Shown piece after piece: positions 1-8,112 of a stretch of DNA of 64,000 nt. Below the pieces are notes generated by a model. The model was not told where the DNA came from, did not search any database, and saw only the letters and a program-made list of their open reading frames with translations. Positions within the stretch are counted from its first letter, which is position 1, and the number at the start of each line of letters is the position of its first letter. The position numbers and the translations under genes were made by a program. This DNA comes from a virus: IMG/VR virus record IMGVR_UViG_3300021963_000029, positions 1-64,000 of that record. One strand, 5' to 3'.

Positions 1-87
1 TCCCAGAACCAGTATTGTTTTAGTGGCATAAACGAGTGAGATAGTGCCAGGTGAATTAATACTATCTGCTGTTCCCCAAAGAGCCAT
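1..87 (-). CDS. 5' part of conserved virion structural protein (runs off window start)
   Basis: ATG at 87 reads MALWGTADSINSPGTISLVYATKT, an N-terminus typical of T4-like cyanophage structural proteins; TATAAATA late promoter upstream at 123-130. Confidence 0.6.
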   Translation of the reverse strand, partial: MALWGTADSINSPGTISLVYATKTILVLG

Positions 88-122
88 GTGCCTTACCTTG
101 AATAAAATTTCTTTTCTTATGT

Positions 123-130
123 TATTTATA
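123..130 (-). promoter_or_regulatory. T4-type late promoter TATAAATA
   Basis: Exact consensus about 35 nt upstream of the ATG at 87. Confidence 0.7.
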
Positions 131-182
131 AAAATGGGAGACCTATGGAGAGGTCTCCCATGCCATCATATTTTAGTTGTAA

Positions 183-362
183 TTATGGAGTTAAATCTTG
201 TGCACCCTTTTTCTTCAGGACTGCTTGTGCCTGAAGAATGACTAGTGAAAGGATACCATTTGATTTTACTTTTGGGTTTGCTCCCATTGCTTCTGATACT
301 GCAAACAGAACAGTTGCAATCAGTGCTTGGTTAGCAACAGCCCATGCGATTAGTGCTGACAT
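183..362 (-). CDS. 59-aa hydrophobic membrane protein (holin-like candidate)
   Basis: Hand-translated, below ORF-track cutoff: MSALIAWAVANQALIATVLFAVSEAMGANPKVKSNGILSLVILQAQAVLKKKGAQDLTP; preceded by GAGG SD; fills the intergenic gap. Confidence 0.7.
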   Translation of the reverse strand: MSALIAWAVANQALIATVLFAVSEAMGANPKVKSNGILSLVILQAQAVLKKKGAQDLTP

Positions 363-383
363 GATGACCTCTTAGAATCCGAT

Positions 384-1322
384 TTATTTATCTTTTGTAT
401 CCTTTAAAATCTTATCAGCAGCTTTAGCAAGTTTATCATACTTACCTTTCACTTTTCTGTTTGCTGCAGGAGCAGGTGATTTGGCAGCAGGAGTAGTTTG
501 AACTTTTCCCTTCTTTCCTTGAGGTCTTAGACCTTGAAGAACTGTTTCACCTTTACTATGAATAGCAGCAACTCGCTTTGCCTCCTTCTCTTTTGCTTTT
601 CTCTGAGCATCAGTCATAGCATTCTGAGACCTCTCTGAAGCAGGTCTCAGTCTAGACTTTTTTGGGTCAAATACCCCTTCAAATAGTGGAGTTCTTCCTT
701 CAACATACGCAAGCACTGATTCAGTTGCAGAAACCTTCATTCTTTGTGCTTGTTGAGCAACTTGGAAATCTGCTCTTTCCTTAGATACCTTTGCTCTAGC
801 AGCCTTTGCTTTTGCTGCTGCCATTGGATCTGGTTTTTGTCTTTCAGCATCACCCTTTGGTGGCATATCATAGGTGTCTGCCTCATCAAGTTGAACTGAA
901 TTATAGATTCCAACAATTTCATCTAAGGTAAACTTAGAAAGATCATAACCCTCTGCAATCAATTCATCCATCCATGCTTCAACTTCTTCAGAGACAGTTG
1001 GTTTGGTATTGATCTTATTGTGGATTCCCTTTCTTACATCAAGTTTGTCATTTTTATCATTCTTGCTGTGAAGTTCTCTTTCTTCCTTCTTTACTTTCTT
1101 TTTGAATGACCCACCTACTTCACCTTTCTCATACCCAACTCCATCTCCATCATCATCCCACCATCTCTTCTTACCATTTTCGGTTTCACCTTTCTTTTCT
1201 GCTTTTTCTTCAGCAGGACCTTCTTTATGCTTCTTCTCGCCTTTCTCTTCCTTCTCTTTCTTTTCTTCAGAAAGATGTGGTTCTCTGATCTCAGAGAAAG
1301 TGTCCGCCCAAATGTTAGTCAT
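384..1322 (-). CDS. Highly charged hypothetical late protein (possible internal head protein)
   Basis: 312-aa ORF, K/E-rich low complexity, TATAAATA immediately upstream. Confidence 0.8.
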   Translation of the reverse strand: MTNIWADTFSEIREPHLSEEKKEKEEKGEKKHKEGPAEEKAEKKGETENGKKRWWDDDGDGVGYEKGEVGGSFKKKVKKEERELHSKNDKNDKLDVRKGIHNKINTKPTVSEEVEAWMDELIAEGYDLSKFTLDEIVGIYNSVQLDEADTYDMPPKGDAERQKPDPMAAAKAKAARAKVSKERADFQVAQQAQRMKVSATESVLAYVEGRTPLFEGVFDPKKSRLRPASERSQNAMTDAQRKAKEKEAKRVAAIHSKGETVLQGLRPQGKKGKVQTTPAAKSPAPAANRKVKGKYDKLAKAADKILKDTKDK

Positions 1323-1344
1323 TTATCTACTTATGGTTTATTTT

Positions 1345-1352
1345 TATTTATA
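1345..1352 (-). promoter_or_regulatory. T4-type late promoter TATAAATA
   Basis: Exact consensus 23 nt upstream of the ATG at 1322. Confidence 0.75.
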
Positions 1353-2454
1353 CTAAAGTAACATCTTTGATCCAGGATTTAAACATGATGCCATCCTCAG
1401 TGACACAGATTAAATGATTTGCACCCGATCTAATAATCTCTCCCTTCAATCCAGTGTTACAACTTTGAACTGTGTCCCCTACTCTATAGAGGTTTCCAAA
1501 AACATAATTCTCCCTTAAGGATTTCAAATCCAAATCAGGAGCAATCTCCCAAGTTTCTTTTACTTCTAAAGATCCACCAAGGTCAGCAAACAATTGCTTC
1601 AATACTTTTGGTTGTACTCCAGCAGGCATGGTTTTCTTAAACCCTTCAAAGTCTCCTCCTGCTGCTGCTTTTCTAGCAGCAGAAGAAGTTTCATCTGGAT
1701 CTTTTGGACCAGAAGAAACTACATTGATGGAAGAGAAATTGTATAATTGACCATTCTGCTTCTTAGCAAGGTTATCAATTTCAGAACATCTTTCTGATCC
1801 ACAGATAATATTAATAGTTGTATAACCTTCCTGATTTAAGAATGCAAGAACATCAAAGATAGTTTTGAACTCATCACTATCAATGATTCTATCTGCATAC
1901 TCAGGGAACATCATCTTCATGTATTCAATTTTAGTATCAGCATCTAAAGGATTCTTCTTACCATCTTGAATTCTAGATGGGAACACATAGAAATTACCAC
2001 CAGAAGATGCTTGCTTAAGAGCATTTAAAAGATTCTTATGTCCCTTTGTAGGGGGATTAAACTTACCAAAAGCAACAGTTACTGCTTCTCCAGATGGTTT
2101 TGTTTGTTGCTGTTGTAAACCTCTTGCTGATGCTCCAGATGCTTGAGGTTTTTTAGTTCTGTCTGACCCTGCTGGTTTTGGTTTTGCACCAATTCTCTTT
2201 GGTGCTGGTTTTGCTTTTGCTAATTTCTTTGACTTAACATCAGCAGGATCTTGTGATGCAGAGTCTCCTTCTTCACCTTTCTTCTTTTTCTTTTGATCTA
2301 TGAATTGCAGTTTACCCTTAACTGTCTGTGCTTTTCTAGATCCTTCTTTATCGATCCAATATCCATGCCCATCACCAACATACCCAAGTTTCTTTGCTTG
2401 CTGTGCAGCTTGGGATGTTCTTGCTTCTGTTATAAACTCTAGGAATCTTTTCAT
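1348..2454 (-). CDS. Cytidylyltransferase-like (HIGH-superfamily) nucleotidyltransferase with N-terminal capsid-targeting-like motif
   Basis: AFGKFNPPTKGH HIGH-type motif, KKNPL, GSER; N-terminus MKRFLEFITEA. Confidence 0.8.
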   Translation of the reverse strand: MKRFLEFITEARTSQAAQQAKKLGYVGDGHGYWIDKEGSRKAQTVKGKLQFIDQKKKKKGEEGDSASQDPADVKSKKLAKAKPAPKRIGAKPKPAGSDRTKKPQASGASARGLQQQQTKPSGEAVTVAFGKFNPPTKGHKNLLNALKQASSGGNFYVFPSRIQDGKKNPLDADTKIEYMKMMFPEYADRIIDSDEFKTIFDVLAFLNQEGYTTINIICGSERCSEIDNLAKKQNGQLYNFSSINVVSSGPKDPDETSSAARKAAAGGDFEGFKKTMPAGVQPKVLKQLFADLGGSLEVKETWEIAPDLDLKSLRENYVFGNLYRVGDTVQSCNTGLKGEIIRSGANHLICVTEDGIMFKSWIKDVTLV

Positions 2455-2678
2455 TTATTGATTTCTGAATATATCAAATCCTGATTGTCGAGAATATACT
2501 GCAATCCTATGCCTTTGGCATGTAAGTATTTATCCTTCTTATCTTTTGGATCTTTATATTGATCCATAAAAGAAGAGTAAAACCTAGAAAAATTTTCTAT
2601 AGTTTTCCTCTTCAATTGTTTCACTCTTACATGTTGTTTATATAGTGGAATTAGTTCTTTAAAAAAATCTTCCATCAA
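2451..2678 (-). CDS. Hypothetical protein
   Basis: 75-aa ORF with 4-bp overlaps to both neighbours. Confidence 0.75.
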   Translation of the reverse strand: MMEDFFKELIPLYKQHVRVKQLKRKTIENFSRFYSSFMDQYKDPKDKKDKYLHAKGIGLQYILDNQDLIYSEINK

Positions 2679-3445
2679 GACTCAAGCAAACTGAAAAGAC
2701 CTCTCTCACTATTTACCTCAACACCACACTCCTCTGTAAACTTCTCAAGATCTCTCCTAGAAGGATTGTTAATTCTTTCTTTTGCCATAGCATGATAATC
2801 ATCAGAAAGATCAAAACCAATATAGTCATGACCAAGAAGTGTAGCAGCAAGACCAGTTGTGCCTGAACCACTGTAAGGATCAAGAACAATACCAGGAGTT
2901 TCCATCACTGCTTGGATACAACGAAGTGGAAGAACAATAGGGAAGGGAGCAGGATGAGGATTCTTCATCTCAGGACCAAACTTCCAGACACTGCCATAAT
3001 TAACAGACCTTCTAGGAAGTTTAGGACGCTTTGCACCTTTGCACAACCAATAGATTCTTTCATCAATCTGTGTGAATCTATATCCAGAAATCTCTGGACC
3101 ACTACCTCTGTTCCAAATAATTTCCTCTCTAATGTGCCATTTGGTTTTAGGCAACCATTCCCAAGGAGAAGTTGCATTGCCTTCAAGATACCTGACTTTA
3201 TGATTGTAGAACAAAGAACCACCTTCTTTGGTTTTGTCAAAGAGAACATTCAACAGTTCAATTTGCTGCTCTTGATAAACATCTTCTGGAAGAGAGTCAT
3301 CAAATTTGTCATACTCAATTTTGCGAAACAATCCACCACCAATCTTCTGTTTGTTGTATGGTGGTGAAGTTACAGTACAATCAATAGAGTTGTCATCAAG
3401 TTGCTTTGCTAACTCAATACAATCTCCAGTTCTCAGGTCAATCAT
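2675..3445 (-). CDS. DNA amino-methyltransferase (N4-C/N6-A, beta class)
   Basis: Catalytic SPPY motif near N-terminus, HPAPFP, SAM-binding DPYSGSGTT near C-terminus. Confidence 0.9.
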   Translation of the reverse strand: MIDLRTGDCIELAKQLDDNSIDCTVTSPPYNKQKIGGGLFRKIEYDKFDDSLPEDVYQEQQIELLNVLFDKTKEGGSLFYNHKVRYLEGNATSPWEWLPKTKWHIREEIIWNRGSGPEISGYRFTQIDERIYWLCKGAKRPKLPRRSVNYGSVWKFGPEMKNPHPAPFPIVLPLRCIQAVMETPGIVLDPYSGSGTTGLAATLLGHDYIGFDLSDDYHAMAKERINNPSRRDLEKFTEECGVEVNSERGLFSLLES

Positions 3446-3476
3446 AAGGTCTCCAGTGTTTTACCAGTATAGCACA

Positions 3477-4754
3477 TCACTGGACCTTGATAAAGGGTCC
3501 AGACAGGTCTGCTTGACTAATGTTCATTTTTGATGATAGGAAGTAGGCATGAGTGATAAGTTCTGCTAATTTATGATCCTTCTTAGCCTCAATAAACATT
3601 TTCATGTATCTAAGGATTCTAAGTTTACTCCTCAGTTTAACAGCATAGTTTTTACCTGCAGGATTAGGAGATTGATCATCAAGTAAAAATGCTTTTTGAA
3701 TAAATTCCTTTGGGGTGCATGTCTTACCCATGTAAGAAATTCTACCAAAGTCTTTAGATATGGTACTATCATCAACTAAGTCTTGGAAATACTCTTGCCA
3801 ATATTCTAATTGGTTTAGATTAAATTTTCCATTAAGAGGAATGTTATGATTGATTTCCTCTCCAGTATATTTTTTAACTAACTCTGCCATCTTTGGTGCT
3901 GGGATTGCACCATTTCTTGCAGTAGCATTTACATATTTTCCTTTATTGTTAGCAACTCTATCTCTTGGTTCAGTTGCATGAGCAGCAGTACTAGAGACTT
4001 TACTTTCCCAAAAATATCTTTTAATATATTTTCCAGCTTTAAATTGTGCTTCAAATGTCAAAGAGTTTCCAGCAAAATCCATTTCACCCCCTCTCTTTGT
4101 GATTTCCATGTAGGTGAACATATCTCCAATTAAATCTCCTTCATGGACTTCAATACCATCTGGACCTACATCTATGTTAGTTTCATAGACATGAGACTCT
4201 GGTTCTGCTTTAGTTGGTTTCTTTAAAGAAATTCCAAGCAGAGATTTCTTCACTAACAGTTGACTTAGGTATGCATTTACTGTTCCAACAAATACTTCTG
4301 GAGATGTTGTTCCATCAGAAAACTCTTCCTTAAGAAGATTAATCATGTTTTTGACTTTCTGTTCTTCTGATGCTTTTATCATATAAACATCAGTTGTATT
4401 CCAACTATCTTTTTTACCAGTAAAAATTTGTTGTTGAGGTCTGTTAAAACTAGACCAAATGTAGTCATAAATGTCTGTAGTTTTTCCCATGGGAAGAGTC
4501 TTAGTAGACCCCCCATATCTGGCATACTTCCATGTAGTATCTTTAGTGCCTTCAGTGTGACCAAGGTATTTGATTAAAGCTTTTGCTTGCTTCAACAAAC
4601 CAAGATACCATTCAGAATCCATATTTGGAAACTCAGACTTTAGATCATTATAAAGATCTAAGTCTTGGTTTGGAGTTAAGTCTGCACCTTTCTCTATAGC
4701 ATGATAGAAGACAACAATAGATGCTGCTTCAAAGAGATCTGTTTCAGTTGCCAT
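3477..4754 (-). CDS. Putative PD-(D/E)xK-type nuclease, hypothetical
   Basis: 425 aa; DSWNTTDVYMIK ... GISLKK resembles the D...xSxK catalytic arrangement. Confidence 0.5.
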   Translation of the reverse strand: MATETDLFEAASIVVFYHAIEKGADLTPNQDLDLYNDLKSEFPNMDSEWYLGLLKQAKALIKYLGHTEGTKDTTWKYARYGGSTKTLPMGKTTDIYDYIWSSFNRPQQQIFTGKKDSWNTTDVYMIKASEEQKVKNMINLLKEEFSDGTTSPEVFVGTVNAYLSQLLVKKSLLGISLKKPTKAEPESHVYETNIDVGPDGIEVHEGDLIGDMFTYMEITKRGGEMDFAGNSLTFEAQFKAGKYIKRYFWESKVSSTAAHATEPRDRVANNKGKYVNATARNGAIPAPKMAELVKKYTGEEINHNIPLNGKFNLNQLEYWQEYFQDLVDDSTISKDFGRISYMGKTCTPKEFIQKAFLLDDQSPNPAGKNYAVKLRSKLRILRYMKMFIEAKKDHKLAELITHAYFLSSKMNISQADLSGPFIKVQ

Positions 4755-4771
4755 ATACCTTCAGTTTACAA

Positions 4772-5182
4772 TTATCTATCGTCTTCAGAACGATTTTCAG
4801 AATAGAATACATCAAAAGCACCACCAGGATAACGCTTTTCAAGTTTAGTTACATTCTTTGCAATCACTTGATCAAGGGGAGTATCCAAAGCAATACATGC
4901 TTGCATAACATACCACATCAGGTCACCCAGTTCAGTAAGAAGGTGATCTTTGTTATCTTCATTCCAAGGTTTGCCTTGGAAGATCATCTTCTTAACAATC
5001 TCCAAGAACTCACCACCCTCAGCATTGATACCAACACCAGCAGTGAGGAGACGTTCAATATTAGCACCTTTGCGATCCAGTTCAACAATACGATCTGAGA
5101 AGGCAACAAAGTCTCTAGATGCATCAGAGGTAACAGCATCTACAAATTGTTGGTACTTGTTAAAATCAACTTGTCCAGTCAT
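4772..5182 (-). CDS. mazG: MazG-like nucleoside triphosphate pyrophosphatase
   Basis: AEGGEFLEIVKK and ELGDLMWY motifs; usual position after gp41. Confidence 0.9.
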   Translation of the reverse strand: MTGQVDFNKYQQFVDAVTSDASRDFVAFSDRIVELDRKGANIERLLTAGVGINAEGGEFLEIVKKMIFQGKPWNEDNKDHLLTELGDLMWYVMQACIALDTPLDQVIAKNVTKLEKRYPGGAFDVFYSENRSEDDR

Positions 5183-6561
5183 TAGAATTTAAAACCTGCG
5201 AATTTACTTTGTTTTGGTTCGTCATCATTAGTATACTCTTCTTCTTGTCCAGAGTCAAGAATATCATCTTGTGCCTTCTGTTCACAATCATAGAGTCTCA
5301 TTTTTGCTCTATCAATACCAACAATGAACCTTTTGTTGATAGTGGGATCATTATATCTGTTCTTCAATTGCTTCACCATAATTTGCCCCAACTGTTCCAA
5401 CTCTTCTGTACTAATAAGGGCAAACATAAGATCAGCAGTAGCAGGCAGACCAAAGGACTCTGAAGTATCAGTAAGTTCAACATCAGAGTTCCCATAACCA
5501 CTCCTAGTGGTCTGGGTAGCAGAGACAATGGGAACATTGAATTCCACTGCCAATCCACGTAACTCTTCTGCAATTGCCTTAACATAAGAATAAGAGTTGA
5601 CAGAGAAGTTTGACTTATACCTACTGGAAGCACAAATGTTAAGGTAATCAATGAAAATAATATCAGGTCTAAATGACTTTTTAAGAGATAGTTCATTTAG
5701 CAAAGACTTGAAGTGACCTACATGTGCTGAAGCAGTTGGGTACTCTTTGATAATCAAAGTTCCCTGTGTCTTCTTAGCAATGCTATTTACTTTAGTATCA
5801 AACATTTGCTTAGGAAGATCCACAATATCCTTGATGTTTACATTCAATAGGTTCGCATCAATTCTTTCAGCAATCCTGTCCTCTGCCATTTCAAGTGTAA
5901 TGTAGAGAACATTGCGCCCTTGCAAGAGGATGGAGCTAGCCATGTGGCACATGAATAGACTTTTGCCGACGCCTGTACCAGCAAGAGCGATGTTGAGAGT
6001 CTTATTAGGGAGACCACCTTTTGTGATTTTGTTAAAGTATTCAAGATCAAATGGGATTTTTTCTTCTTTTCTGTGATAGGTTTCATATCTTAGTTCGTAG
6101 TCATTAAGGTAGTCATGTCCAATATGGTTATCAAAACTTACAGCAAGAGCATCTTGAAGAATAGATGGGATGGCATCTCTGTTCTTCTTTTCATCTTGCC
6201 CATCTGCAATCTTGATTGATTCCATAAGAGCAAGATAAATTGCCCTATCTCTACACCACTTCTCAGTAGTGTCAATCAACCAATTAACTTCTACTGAGGA
6301 ATCTTCAAAGTTAGTAACATAGTCACAGACAGTTTTGTATGTGTCCTCAGTAATGTCAGTTCTCTTTTCTACTTCAATGCCAATAACATCTTTAGTTGGC
6401 ATTGTTGAGTATTTAATGACAAAATTGGTAATCTCTTCAAAGATTACTCTTTCATGAAAAGATTCAAAATAGTCTTGCTTTAAGAAGGGAAGAACTTTCC
6501 TACAATATTCATCATTAAAAATTAGGTTTTTCAGGATTGTAGTTTCTATTTTCTCCATCAA
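5182..6561 (-). CDS. gp41: Replicative DNA helicase
   Basis: Walker A AGTGVGKS, IFIDYLNI, SATQTTRSG, SESFGLPATAD. Confidence 0.97.
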   Translation of the reverse strand: MMEKIETTILKNLIFNDEYCRKVLPFLKQDYFESFHERVIFEEITNFVIKYSTMPTKDVIGIEVEKRTDITEDTYKTVCDYVTNFEDSSVEVNWLIDTTEKWCRDRAIYLALMESIKIADGQDEKKNRDAIPSILQDALAVSFDNHIGHDYLNDYELRYETYHRKEEKIPFDLEYFNKITKGGLPNKTLNIALAGTGVGKSLFMCHMASSILLQGRNVLYITLEMAEDRIAERIDANLLNVNIKDIVDLPKQMFDTKVNSIAKKTQGTLIIKEYPTASAHVGHFKSLLNELSLKKSFRPDIIFIDYLNICASSRYKSNFSVNSYSYVKAIAEELRGLAVEFNVPIVSATQTTRSGYGNSDVELTDTSESFGLPATADLMFALISTEELEQLGQIMVKQLKNRYNDPTINKRFIVGIDRAKMRLYDCEQKAQDDILDSGQEEEYTNDDEPKQSKFAGFKF

Positions 6562-6567
6562 TTTCTC

Positions 6568-7113
6568 CTAGGGGTTACGTTTATGATGGGGAACATCAAA
6601 AACAAAAGTAATTCTTGGGATATCTCCCACATTAACTGCACTGTGTGGAATCTTATTATTGAACCAGAACAAAGTTCCAGGTTCTACAATCATAGATTCA
6701 TCACCAACACTATACTTGTATTTGCCTTGAATTGACAAATGATATCTGTCCTTTGTTTTATAATAAGTTCCTTCATCAATATGAAATCCAACCTCTTGTC
6801 CAATAGGTAAAGACAAGAAAGCACACCTACGATACTTTTTAAAATACTTGTTTAGAATTTTAAAAATCTCAGTGTGATTATCATATGCTGGAGTCTTTAC
6901 ACAAAGTTCAGAATTAAATGCTAACTCTCCTGGTTTACTGACTGCTCCCATTACCAACTGAAGAACATCCACTGTGGTTTTATATTTTGTAGGGTCTACC
7001 TGTTGAGTTTTACCAACAGATTTTTGTGATCCCCAATCTTCTGGATGTTCTTCTATTTGTTGTAAGACTTTAGAAACATCAATACCAGTCTTGATAATTC
7101 TAATATTATCCAT
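6568..7113 (-). CDS. 2OG-Fe(II) oxygenase, Asp/Asn beta-hydroxylase-like
   Basis: HID...H facial triad and NxxxxRI motif; start set at MDNIRII (7113), which overlaps the uvsX stop. Confidence 0.8.
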   Translation of the reverse strand: MDNIRIIKTGIDVSKVLQQIEEHPEDWGSQKSVGKTQQVDPTKYKTTVDVLQLVMGAVSKPGELAFNSELCVKTPAYDNHTEIFKILNKYFKKYRRCAFLSLPIGQEVGFHIDEGTYYKTKDRYHLSIQGKYKYSVGDESMIVEPGTLFWFNNKIPHSAVNVGDIPRITFVFDVPHHKRNP

Positions 7114-8110
7114 ATGAAAATTCTTGTTTTGATGCTTCATCTAGTGCTTGCATTACATCTGCAGTGAAAAACTTTTCTGGGTTCTCCATGATAGTTTTGC
7201 CATATTGAGAAGTTCCATCTGGGGTTTCATATCTAGTTCCAACCTTCTTGAAGATCTCATACTTCTCTGCAAGTTCAAGGAGACCATAATACTTATCAAG
7301 ACCTCTTTCATCATAGTAAAGACGAACTTCTGCAGTTTTATTTTCTTTACTAAGTCTAGATTTATGAGTTGTTGCTTTGATGATATTACCAACAACTTCA
7401 GTACCATCTTTTTCTTTCTTCTTAGAAAGATAGATGATAGTAGATGCAGCATACTTAAGACCAGACCCACCACTCATTTCTTTCATAGGAATATAAGATC
7501 CCACTACATCATAGGTATGGTTAGTAACAATCATAGGGATCTTTGCCTGACCAAGTTTAAGAGTGAGCATTCTAAATGCACCTTTGACCAACTGAGATTT
7601 AGTCATGTCTCTAACTTGCTTCTCATTCAGAGCATCATCAATTTCTTTTTCTGTAGAAAGCATACCAAGAGAATCCAACACAAACATACAAGGTTTGCGT
7701 TCTCCTTCCTTCTTCTTCAGATAAAGATCTACTGCTTTGAGTGCTTTTGATCTAAACTCTTCAATAGTAACAACATTGACAACCACAAGACGAGAAGTAT
7801 CAATTCCACGAGATTCTAAAAGAGATTTAGTGACAGCAGCCTCAGTGTCAAAGTAGAGACAGTAACCATCGGAATGAGTATCAAGAAAGTTCTTAACCAC
7901 TGCGAGAGAGAAAAAAGTCTTTCCAGTACTAGACTCTCCAGCAATAGCAGTAATCTTATTCCCAGATACACCACCAAATACACTACCTGAAACCAGTGCA
8001 TTAAAAATGTACGAACCTGTGTCAACATAAGTTTCTGTTTCATCAATGTCAGAAGCAAGTTGTGTATACTCACCTCCAATTTCTTTTACAATATCTTTTA
8101 AGAAGTCCAT
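7106..8110 (-). CDS. uvsX: RecA-like recombinase
   Basis: AGESSTGKT Walker [21 protein letters not shown]. Confidence 0.97.
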   Translation of the reverse strand: MDFLKDIVKEIGGEYTQLASDIDETETYVDTGSYIFNALVSGSVFGGVSGNKITAIAGESSTGKTFFSLAVVKNFLDTHSDGYCLYFDTEAAVTKSLLESRGIDTSRLVVVNVVTIEEFRSKALKAVDLYLKKKEGERKPCMFVLDSLGMLSTEKEIDDALNEKQVRDMTKSQLVKGAFRMLTLKLGQAKIPMIVTNHTYDVVGSYIPMKEMSGGSGLKYAASTIIYLSKKKEKDGTEVVGNIIKATTHKSRLSKENKTAEVRLYYDERGLDKYYGLLELAEKYEIFKKVGTRYETPDGTSQYGKTIMENPEKFFTADVMQALDEASKQEFSYG

Positions 8111-8112
8111 AG

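Noticed and set aside
1-20. Possible 1-bp deletion: frame reads KTILVLG where KTITGSG is expected from similar proteins
   Set aside because: Too close to the window edge to verify; could be a sequencing error or real divergence
2912-3367. Plus-strand ORFs antisense to core genes (for example 2912-3367, 7148-7750, 17353-17796, 17747-18148, 35151-35687, 39544-40017)
   Set aside because: Antisense shadows of well-supported minus-strand genes; no SD, motifs or promoters
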